Translations under genes and position numbers: made by a program
Shown here: one piece after another, positions 38,223 to 50,200 of the stretch
Position numbering within the stretch: the first letter of the stretch is position 1
Layout: the number at the start of each line of letters is the position of its first letter
From: Trichoplax adhaerens
Lineage: Eukaryota; Animalia; Placozoa
Direction: 5' to 3'
Assembly: GCF_000150275.1 (NCBI RefSeq)
Contig: NW_002060961.1
Location: 372,001-436,000 of the forward strand
DNA length: 64,000 nt
Notes under the pieces: generated by a model
The model's input: only the letters and a program-made list of their open reading frames with translations
Told to the model about the DNA's origin: nothing
Databases searched by the model: none

Positions 38223-41200
38223 TGTTAATGTAGAGAAAACACTGGAGTCGTAAGCGACAACACATACATCTGCAAATGAGGGGGAAAAAAAAAAAACCAC
38301 TTACTAAAACAGCATGAAAAATGAACAAATCATCACATCCACACAATATCCAACAATAAACAACTATAGCAACATAACGAGTACAGTAGAAGGTAAAAGG
38401 TAGCTTCCAATAGCACCACAGCTAAATTGTAATTCCATTTTTACTTTTTATAACATTGTAAATGGATTGATTGCTTTTTTTACTATTATTGGACTTTTTT
38501 CTACATCTGTTTATCGCTGTCACGCATAGTGTGCATGTATCCATTTCCAGCTGTACAAGACACATGACTGTCATACACTGTACAATAAAGAGTTTCTATC
38601 TTCAGATAAACAGTCCAGGACGTCTAGTCTAATCACTGTACAATCCTACCATGATGCTACACTATACAGTCAATTTACTTTCTGATCCAGTCCAGCAGTG
38701 GTTACCGTACTGTAGCCTATACTGTGTTGTGTCAAGTGAAAATTGTAGTAGACAAGCTATAACAATTAGTGTATGAACTCAACATAGTATACAAGCTGTA
38801 GAGGTCTTGTGATGAACATGTTGAGTCACTACCCTGCAGTCAGCCAAATGATGGTATTGGTTATCAAGTCAACGGTCATGTTAGTGCTCAATCTGTCTAG
38901 TGACAGCGATACAGTATAGAGTTTTGTATGCAAAGGAGGAGAGCATCGTCAAACAACAAACACGAAATGAGAGAAAAAAGAATTTAATCGAGTATTGACG
39001 ATGACTGGATAGTCATGCAATGGCTAGTAAAATACAGCAGGCTTCCTATTGGTATCAACATGTCAACGAATCCTACAGGGAATCAAAATACACCAATTTC
39101 AATAGTAAAAAAAATTTCCACTTTTACCATGACGGTAGCGCACCAACAGCAAAGAAATAGGATAGTAAGCGATATCACGTCGCTCACAAGAATATTTTCT
39201 ACAATTAAAAAACAATTATCCAGGTAGCCGCGATCCAATGACTTTTCTTTGCAGATATTTCGTCGATGTTTACAACTTGTACAAAGCAAGTGATAGCGAT
39301 GTTTTATCAAATGAAAGAATTTTGTACACTTTCCTAGTCCTAATTCTTACTTTGCGAAAATCCTAAAATAATACAGTACTACAGTATAGGACTGTGTCCC
39401 TAAGTGACTCGACTTGGTGCTCTATTGACAAAGATAGTCGCTGACCGCAGTACAGTGAGTCTACAGTGTACAGTATGTCCACTACAGTATTTTCATTGTT
39501 GCTGCCAGGGTCGGGTACGGTACAGTACAGTACAATACAGTACACTGTACTGTAGATTGAATCCTAGTACTGTACGGTACAGTACAACTTCTTGGTTTTT
39601 GTGAACGGTCAGTCAGTGGTGCGTATCGAATTGTATCCCTTCCATTTTCTCTATAGTAAACGCTGTTAAAATTGAAATTTCTTGACCCATTTTGTTGATC
39701 AAGATTTGAACATTTGTGTGTCATGTCGATGGTTCAAGTCGATTTAGTTTTAGCACAGTAAAGAAGTTGAGGTCTTGATGGTTGTATTTAGCTAACTTGG
39801 TTTTAGTTTTATTGAACCTCAATGGTTATAAAGGAGGGTTCCTATTGCAAGAAATTTCCATTTTAACAGCTTTTACTATGGAGAAAATGGAAGGGATCTC
39901 ATTTTCATGCCCATCAGTTTAGAGAGTATACAGTACAGTAGACATTAGGGCTTTTTCTTCTTTCTTTTATCCCACTGCGCTGCGGTGTACTGTACTGTAC
40001 TGTAGACGGTAAAAGAAAATGCTAGTGTTGCAAATTACTCTACAGTACAGTACGTGTTGTACAATGTACTGTACAGAGCAGCCGACCCTCCGAATTATTA
40101 TCACTACGGCACTGCCCCCGCACACTATACTGTACAGTACTGTACAGTACGGTACAATAGAAATCAATCAAAGATTTTTCTTCTTTTATGTACTGTACTG
40201 TACAGTGTACAGTACACTATTTCTATTTCTTCATGTCTTTGGCTAACAATCAACATGAACTACCAGAACTATTCTTGTCAGTTGTCACTGTAGCAGTCTT
40301 TTGTACTGTGCACTGTACACTGTACAGTATCGTACTGTAATTGTAAAAAGAAATTGGAGAGGTTTTCTCTCGCCTACTGGATATTCTTTTCTTTTACCTT
40401 TGTAGGTAAAATGAAAGACAAAAAATGGCAAAGCTCATTCAGTGACGGACTACTTAGAAAAAGAGCGACAATAAGTAGCCTTTCAGTACAAAATAATGTA
40501 GAAGCTCATCCATTTTCCGATCGTCTGCTCTACCATACTGCATCAAAGCGAATCTACAGGCTGTCTTGGGATGTCCATTGGGGACAGTATAGCGTACCGT
40601 TGTAGAGATGCGATGCAGCTGAAACAACTAGTAAAATAATCGTCCAGCCTAATTGGACATACGTGAACTATCATTTCCCGACCGTACCCTGTCTTTCTTG
40701 ATTGTCCTTGGTTCTAGTTACAGTATCTTGCTACGGTATATTGTACTGTAAGTCGACAGTATAGGATACAGTACGTGAGTACTGTACAGTACTGTACTGT
40801 ACAGTCGATTATCGTTCAAATGAGCCATGTTACTGTTGGATACTTTCGGTAGGGAATATTCACATTTTGCGGGGGACTAAAAGGGCCACTTTACGTCCGT
40901 CTCCCTTAACACCGTAACTGAAAGTGTATCCAGTGAAAACTGTGATACCAGGCACGACAACTTGATGTACTGTACTGTTATTGTGCGTGGGTTGACGATT
41001 TTGGACGAATATTGACTTTCTTCTGTCTTTCAACAAGTCCAAGACGTCTTGAGTAAAGGTAAAAAAAGAAAACCTAGCTATGATTCGATGAAGATGTCAA
41101 GACTTGCTTGTCCAGTACAATGTACTGTACGTCCATTCGTGTTCCAGTGCATTACTATGGATTGCTAAATACTGTACAGTACACTGTAAGGGAAGTTGCG

Positions 41201-41460
41201 GTGAATCACTACACGACCTACAGTACAGTACAATACTGTAAGACCGTGTACTGTACACTGTACAGTACAGTACAGGATATCAATCATGGCGTCCTGTAAA
41301 TATTCTACAGTACTCGAAGAAGGCAAAAAGGAAGTGCAACGGACCGACTCCTGACAGACGTGAAAAGGTCTAGTCAAAAATACAAATCATACAGTACGGT
41401 AGAATTGGCAGAAATGACGTGCAGTTTTTTAGGACACTAAGTACAGTACTATACAGTATT
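37680..41460. repeat. TACAG/TACTG pentamer and TACAGTACTGTA palindrome clusters around the CBP 5' end
   Basis: Dense clusters at ~37680-38030, 39370-39590, 39930-40340, 40740-40810 and 41110-41460. Confidence 0.85.
39635..39897. mobile_element. MITE-like element, 263 bp, with 50-bp terminal inverted repeats
   Basis: 39635-39684 ATCCCTTCCATTTTCTCTATAGTAAACGCTGTTAAAATTGAAATTTCTTG matches the reverse complement of 39848-39897 at 47/50; no clear target-site duplication. Confidence 0.65.
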
Positions 41461-42579
41461 AGCAGAGAGAGTCCCTACTATGGGATGAAAATGCCTTTGG
41501 TTTTTTAAGGGTTAATCCCAGGCCCTCATTACTGACAGATTGACTGCCATGCAGACACTGCCACTTACTTTCGGATAGAAAACTCTCTTCCGCTTTCGTT
41601 GCAAAACACGGCAGTGCACACCATGATACAGTAGAATATCATGGACTGCAACGACACCAATACAATGCAACCACGAAAAGCTAAGAACATGCATACTGTC
41701 ATTATTATTCTTGCTAAACTTACAGGAACAAATTCAAGTAGTCGAGTATATTCGAGGCAAAGTGGCTGTAGCTCTTTCAAAGTGTTGCGCCGATAGAGAA
41801 AGGTTGCCTACTTCCACCACTACTGTCTGTATTGCTAAGTAATTCCGGTACTAGCACGCTTTTGGTGACTTGCCCAAACCATTCTATTTCCTAGGCGATG
41901 ATGCCGTCTGCCTGTGCCAATCGGTATGGACTTGTTTCGCTAAAAAACGTGGTCTTGACTCCCAAGTAGTTAGAGATCCAGTGTAGCAGATGCATGTAAT
42001 CGCGATAGTACTCTATCGAGCATGAATGGATCAATACAGCAATAGTGTACAGCTTCCTTCTTATTCACTTTGAAATTCGAAGACAGTTCTTCTTGCCCAA
42101 TCCGAAATCTAAAACATTATTTTTTTAAAATCCAATCTACAGCAGATGATGCCAATCAAATAATTGTTTACAATAAAAACAATGATTCTACGATTGTATT
42201 GAATATTGTATCCGATAGGAAATCAATTTTCTCAATAGGTATGAGTGTATCAGGGAATGGATGGTAGGTAGAAATTCACCCCGTTATATCAAGGCTAAAC
42301 ATCAGCAATAAAGGTTAACATTGGTTCAGCCAATCGATATTATGCTATCTTTGCTACTTCTCGTTTAAAATGAAACTCAGTGGATTTACTGTAATATTGG
42401 TCGGAATCCATTTATTGTTGATGTTGTAATCAGATATCTGTTTGGAGTGTTCTACGTAGATATTTGATAAATCAACTTCCAATTGAATTCTTCTGACCGT
42501 GACTGTTGAATGGGGGAGACTATGGGGCTAGTATAACTTCACATGATGGATAAAAATTATCCTCAACATTGAATAGGCT

Positions 42580-43185
42580 AGTAGTCATACTGTAGACTAC
42601 TGTAGTCTTCACTGCCAATGGGTAACAATAAACTTTTCACAAACAAGTACCAAAGCCATCGCGGACTTGATTATTCTAGTAATCTTAACTGTTGAACGAG
42701 AAAGGAAATGTACTGTATATTGATAGTATTAAGACGATTTGATAGGCTAGACTTCGTACACTGCTTTTCACTATCAATTGGTTAGAGCAAACCTTTCACA
42801 AGGAAGAATAAAAAGCCATCAATGACTTGATTCTGGTAATCTTGATTGTTGAACGAGAGGGTGAAATGCAGTTTGTAGTAGGATACAGATTGAATATTAT
42901 ATGAATACTACCGATACAATATAATAGGCAACGCCTCATATACTATACCAGTTTTCACTGTCAATTGGTAAGAGCAAACCTTGAAATAGAAGAAGGAAAA
43001 AGCCATCATTAAGAACTTGATTGCAATACTGACTGTTAAAGCGGAAAGGAATAGGATTAGTGGGAGAATATAGATTGAATATTCATACTATCGATAGGAT
43101 TCAACAGACTATTATTCGTATACTAGTCTGCACGGTCGATTAGTAAGAGCAAGCATTTCAATAGAAGAATGAAAAGTCCATCATG
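42580..43185. repeat. Diverged tandem repeat, ~160-190-bp unit, about 4 copies
   Basis: TTCACT-(C/T)CAAT-GGT...AAAC-TT...AAAGCCATC...ACTTGATT...(C/T)TGTT-AA recurs at ~42608, 42767, 42954 and, more decayed, ~43130. Confidence 0.7.
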
Positions 43186-43510
43186 TGGTTATTAATCGCA
43201 CTTGCAAAGGAACACATTCATGTTCATGAGGGGCAATCCTATCGAGGGTACTTTTGTTTGAATCAAATCATGCTCTTGATAAACCGTGATCAAATAATGT
43301 TAGCGATTGCTCAGTTTTTATCGCCTGATCACTATAAGCAAAATAGGCATCGTAAGGGACCTCTCCATGTAAAATGATTTCTCAAAAATAAAAAAAAATT
43401 GATCTATAAAAAATCTTTCATATTTAAGGAATCATTTTTTATCGACCAAGTCCCTGGCATTGTACAATCATTTATAGCCTTCCTATAATTTAGCACTTGG
43501 ATATCAAAGC

Positions 43511-43555
43511 CATGGACTACGAGATACACCCAGATCGTATATCTAGTAGTCCATG
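43511..43555. mobile_element. 45-bp hairpin micro-element with near-perfect 7-bp target-site duplication (P-superfamily-like)
   Basis: CATGGACTACGAGATA...TATCTAGTAGTCCATG (15/16 inverted match), flanked by TCAAAGC (43504-43510) and CCAAAGC (43556-43562). Confidence 0.7.
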
Positions 43556-44251
43556 CCAAAGCAATTCTCCTCAATCATAGTAAGGCCTGTAAGGATAGAA
43601 AGGACCGTTCCAATACGGTATATCTTCATCATAAGTCAATAGAAATGATATTAGGTGCAGTGTGTACGGAATAGATGTTTATATTGTCAATATTAATTAC
43701 GTAAGAGTATAATGAATCATTATATCAGAAATATAAATGAATAATACCACCATATGGTATCGATAGCGGATTTTATATGTCTAAAAAGTCAACTCATATA
43801 TACGCGTAGTATAGTCAATAGGCTGTTCTTTCAGTTATAATCTTGTAAGAGTTCAGATAGGCGTAGAATTTTATAATATTAAACTCAAGTTTTTCTACCT
43901 TTTACATCTTGATTACGGTAGCCCTAAACTCGTAATTATTAACACGATAATATGTTAGATGCATGCACGAAACTAGAAAACATCTTTACCTAGCTATAGT
44001 ACCGTGTTGGAATAGGTGTAATTATTATTACAGGGATTTGCTACTGCTTTCGAAACTATCAAGAGTAGTAGAGTAGGAGCTATCAAAATCACAATATGCA
44101 GAATTAACGGACAAATTCTTTTCAATTTAAAATGTACAAATTGTCGATCGAGCCATAAATAGCGCAATTACACTTAATGTTAAACCGATCAAAGCTTATA
44201 AAGAAACAGAATTAATTGCCATCTAAATACAATAAAATCTATCCGTCCAAG

Positions 44252-47200
44252 ATGAATCTTCTAATGCTTTTTAGTTATGTCATCGTCAATTGGATGCTTA
44301 CGGTTACAACAGCAAGAACGCAAGGTAAAATGATAACCAAATTGATTATTAATAATAATGTCTCATTTATCCGTCAATGATTATTTCAATCCTTATCCAT
44401 GGATAATTAAACAGAATTAAAAGTAATAATAATTAATATAATTATAGTTTTGTGTTATAACATCTTTAATAAGATCAAGTAACGTACTGTAATGAGGTAA
44501 TGCAAAATACAAAATTTTATCTTTTGATTTTGATATTTTTCATATTTTCCAATTTGCTCCAACGACGATTGGGTATATTCACAGATGTAATAATTACGCC
44601 GCCAAGATATGTAAATGTGTTTTATGAAGAACAATCACCATTAGCTATTAGTCCTAATATCGAGCTGACATCATCATCGTCTCAGTCAGCTAATACTTCT
44701 GATAATCAAGTACAAATATCGAATGCCACAATAACATTACAATCTACATTAAAGAATATAACTCAAAATGACTGTTATTGCAATTCCAATATTTATGGCA
44801 CATGCGGTGTTGACAGTGCAACCATTACCGATATCCTCGATAATTCAACTATAGAAGGAAGTATTCAAAAAGAATCTGGTTATTACTCATTTAATGGCAA
44901 GGGTAGACTAAAATATCAGCAAAGTTTACGCCTTTATAATCTACCTAATAACTTGATCGTCTCCATTTGCTTTCGAATTCAATCTAATACCCGTGCATGG
45001 TTAATAACTACTGTTGCATCAGATGACAACCTTCTCGTGTACGGATTATATCTGTACGCTGATCTCAATCGTATTCTATTTCGCTATCGATCATCACAAA
45101 ATAGCTATTATTCATTCACTTTTAATAATGTCTTACTTGCACATGACGACTGGCATAATCTGGTCTTAGATATTAGCTATCCAACAGTAACATTAAATGT
45201 ACACGGTGAGACAACCTATACGAAATCTTACACTCTAACCCAATATATGATTAATAAGGAGAGTATAATTTATAGTGGCTGTCAATCGGGTAGCAATTTT
45301 GATCAATGTCTTTATGGAGATATAGCCAAAGTCATGATGCGAACAGGCGTATTAGATCTAGCTAAAGTTTCTTTTCCATTGGATATTAATTCTAATAAAC
45401 GACCAGATGCTCAAGGTATTATCAACTTTGATGGCACTGCATCTAGCGCTATGCTAGTCGATCGCCAAGTAACTCCATATCGATTTACAAATTATATGAC
45501 CCTATCCCTTAAAATCAAACAGGAATTGGGTAATGATGGCGCAATCATCTCTCGCAATTCCGCTCCAGGTGATCAAATAGATTACACACTTTTATCTCTA
45601 GGAAGTCAGGATATCATTGAATTCTGGTACCGAAGTACGCAAGGTTTCAATTTTAATCAGAAATCAATACTAAAGTACAATTTAACTGAGAAAAACTATG
45701 CAATCGACGACGGAAAATGGCATAATTTGACGTTACATATTCAATATCCTAATTCAACATTATATATCGACACTATCGTTATTCAACAGCAAATGCAACT
45801 TCCAGTCTTAACTAATAGTCAAAACGAAAACTACAACTTACTTTTTGGACAGTATTCGAGTGAAGTAAGTAATTTCTATCCATTCAAAGGATCACTAAGT
45901 CAAATTATAATTCGTCCTGAATATATCACATTAAATCAGATATTATGCTTACAAGCCGGATGTCTTGGATGTAAATGTGCTGGTCAGTGCACATTCAAAT
46001 GCCAGCATCAATTTATTTGTAAAGCAAATATATATCGATATCGATCTTGTGGTATATTAAAACAAGGGCTGGATATTGGTCAAGCTATACAGCAAACAGC
46101 TGAAAATTTACAACAAGATGTAGATAATAGTATTATTTTCAATGGTACCGAGGCATATATCGTCTCAAATGCTAGCCAACCTTTGATTCTAGATAATCAA
46201 TTAACCATTAGCACATGGCTATGGCAACCGATGATTAATAATACAAATCATCGATATATTTTAACAAAGTCTACAAATGATCAAATAATTTTTGGCCTAA
46301 GCCTCGTAAGCAATGATACTGTAATTTTATCTTTTCGTCAGCAGAATGTATCATTCAGCCTTCAGCAAAGAATAGATAACGAACGTTGGCATCAACTAAC
46401 TATATCAATCTCTGAAGGCTCTGCAACATTATATATTGATCATGATCTTATAGGTAAAGTGCTATAGTATCTATATGAGTTAAAAAAATACTAATCGTGT
46501 GGATCTTATACCAATTAGAAGGATAGTGTATATTATCCCCTTCATCTTTATTAAGAATTATTAATAGGACAGAATTTATATAAGTACATATATTGAATGA
46601 TTACCCAGTATAAGCAAGTTGACAATGTCTCTATCATGTAGCTTGATCATTTTTCTTAGGTATCTTCATAATACAATAGTCTATCATCTATTAGTACCTC
46701 AAAATAATTCATTTTGACTTGGAATATTAGAAAATGATAGCTGGTAATTTGTTGATGTTGAATATTAATATTCGTTTTTTACCTTTCAATTCATCCAAAT
46801 TACAGATAGTCAGTCTATACTTGACAATATTACTGATGATGGTAATGGTGTACTCGTTGCTGGAGCTTTATGGAATAGTCCCAATGCAATGGTAGGGTAT
46901 TATACCGGACGTCTGAAAGCTTTAGCATTCGGCAATAAAGCGTCAACAGGTGTTGCAATCCAATGTTTAAAGACGTGCGGACAACAATTACTTGTAATTG
47001 ATCCACCAATAAATACGAACAACACAATTATGGCATCCTATGATCAACAAATGGCTAAACTAACTTTACAAGGAGATAATATACTGCAAAATTATGCAGA
47101 TATCATACGTAGAATCTATTATTCTAATAGTTACGAGTCACCAAATCCAATTTCCGCCATGACAGCAGAAATTTTACTGTATCCAGATGAATTAACGCAA

Positions 47201-50200
47201 TTCAATTTGACAAGTTCAACTACATTTACTATCAAACCAGTTAATAATCTAGCACCAATTATAGATTTATCTGGGCCTGATATTAATTCTTATGATTATA
47301 CCACAAATTTTATCGAAACACAACCACCAGTACCTGTTGCATCGTCAGTTGCACGCATATTTACAAGGAATCGATTATTTACAACGATGACCACTTTGAT
47401 AGTGCAACTTATTAACTTTCCAGACGGCAATCATGATCAATTGCTATTTCAATCACGTCCTAATATTTCTATTGCAGCAAGTGATTTAACGGTTGATATT
47501 AGTAACGATTTTCATAATATTAATATCAGTGGACCTTCTACTTTGATCGATTATCAAAATCATCTCCTCCAAATTTATTATAACAACACTAGAGATGAAC
47601 CAACATGTCGATCACGTCAAATTGATTTCTACGCTACGATTAACGATCAGCGCAGCTATATCACTTCTGCAAAGGTCTATGTTTACGGCTATAATGATAA
47701 TAAACCGGTCTTTAACCAAACAAATTACTTAGCCTCCATGGTAGAAAATTCACCACCAGGTATATTTGTTGTACAAGTCGGAGCAACAGATATTGATGCT
47801 TGTCGCGGCAATACTATCAGTTATGCAATTGTTCAAGGCAATGAAAAAGGCAAATTCACTATTGATGCTGTTACGGGTTTAGTGACAACAACCCAATCAT
47901 TTGACTATGAACAACAGTCATCCTATAATTTAAATATTTCAGCTATAAATTACGATGAGCAAAAGGTATTGCAAGGCTTTACTACTCTATCCATTTCGAT
48001 CTTAAATATAAACGATAACGGATTTGTGATCAGATTAAATGGGATTCAAGATCCAAGCAATTCTCCATTTAATATTACAGGTAAAGAATAGTTTTTCTCT
48101 ATTTGATTGATATGACTTTATGCTGACATTAATAAGATAATACTAAACTACTGTAAGCCATAATAGCATAAGATCAGGAGTCATATGCTGGTAGCCAGAG
48201 AAGCCTTCCTATGCCTATTTTGTTACATTTCATTTTGTATCTTAGTCTTTTGATGCTATCAAATAGATTTGTAGTTGAAATTCTTAGAATGTACTATCGC
48301 TATAATAAGTTTAGTGACGACAAAGTAACAACTAGAATATGCCATTTATGCATAGATTATTTATTTTACCATTTTCATAATGTTTACTCACGAGAGAAAA
48401 ATTAAAAGATTTCTACTATAATTTTTAAAATGCTCTCTTTCCAGGATATAATGCTTCTTTGGACTATCTTGTCATATTCAATGATTCTAAACCTGCACAA
48501 GGTGTAGCTGTTGTTGGATCACAATTGGAAATCACTGATGGAGATAGCATTAATCCGTATATTACTTCGATGGATATCATTCTAACTAACATTGATAATT
48601 TCGATAATGAATTTCTATTTCTCAATTTATCCTTACTGGAACAATTTGGAATTCAAATCCAGCTCATTAATAATCGGTTAGATCGCCAAAAGTCTATCTT
48701 ACTAAGAGGCAATGCAAGTCATGTAGCTTATCCTCAAATCTTAAGAACTGTAATGTAAGTTATCCTTATATTTTTATAATCGGCTTGTACTATAATTAAA
48801 GCAACACATGGTAATCTTTTCTAAAAAATATTACCTGACTACTACAAGCAGAACTCATAATATTTATTTGATCTATACAAGCATATTTCATATTGAGGAA
48901 TTTAGATTCCACCTTAAAGTCATCATAACAGATTATATTGACTATTTTTAACCGTTAATTTCTTGTCATAGAACTATTTATTTTATAGTTTAATTTCAGA
49001 TTGACACTAAATGTATTTATTAATATCGATCCAGGTATTATTCCAATGCCACACAACTCAGTGGAGATGACAGAACGATTGAGTTTTTCGCTAGCGATGG
49101 TCAATTTCAGTCTCCGATTTCGCAAACTTATATCAGAATCATCCATAATGATAAATTTCGCCCTCAGATGATTCTGACCCAAAATAATTTCGTATTTACT
49201 GAAAATTCCAAACCTCTTGCTATTGCTTCAACCTTACGTATAACCGATAGAGATTATCCTTATTATAACTTGACTTCTGCATCTGCGTTTCTTGTCAATC
49301 CAGCGGCATCTTGTCTGACCAATTCTATGCTACAACTTTCCTGTCGCAATTCTACGAATATCAAGAGGTATTATTTCATATTGAATTTCTCGAGCTTATT
49401 TGTAGACATTAATATACATTACAGAATACGGAAAAATCTAATTTAAATAATAATTAATTATTTGCTCTATGTCTGCTCTTCTATAGCTGCAACGAAAGCT
49501 GTGGTCAGTATCTACAAGTTGATTCCCAAATAGCTTCTGAACTAAGCTTAAATTATAGTTATGTTGATAATATGCTCTCTCTATCTGGTAATAAATCACC
49601 GTTAACCTATGAAGCTATTTTGAGAACATTAACTTATACTAGTATCGCTATTGAACCTAGCGGTATTGACCGCCAAGTGCAGATTATTGTTCGAGATGAA
49701 GCTTTTACTAGCCTTCCAATATCGATTAATATTAAGATACGCTTAATTAACGACAATTCTCCCGTAGTGCGGTTAAACGGATTTCAAAGTCAGTCTAGTG
49801 TGAATATATCGGGTAGGATTTAAATCGACTTATAAGATTGCATAGCATTAATTTAGCATTAATCACTTACTAATCAATGCTGTAATTTTCATGGACTATT
49901 CTACTTTAGGCTTTCGATCTGATCGAGATTACTTGACTTATTACCATGATGTCTATAATGGAACTGCCATTGTTAACCCTAGTATAATTGGCCTTATCGG
50001 TACCAATGCTACAATTTCTGATTTAGATAGCCAATATCAAGTACGAAATTATATTGTTAATACTACCATCAAATTAATGGAAATTGAAAATATCGGGAAA
50101 GAGCGTTTAATCACAAGTAACAGTATTCCAAGCGGTTTTACTTTGAGTTATCCGCCAAATACCAATTATAACCAATTTCATATTAGTGTCAATGGTAATG

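Noticed and set aside
39363-41377. Many short Tyr/Cys/Thr/Val-rich ORFs
   Set aside because: Translations of TACAG/TACTG repeats
46660-46745. Apparent small exon in the giant gene
   Set aside because: Stops in the required frame; direct splicing 46453 to 46806 keeps the frame and completes the third LamG
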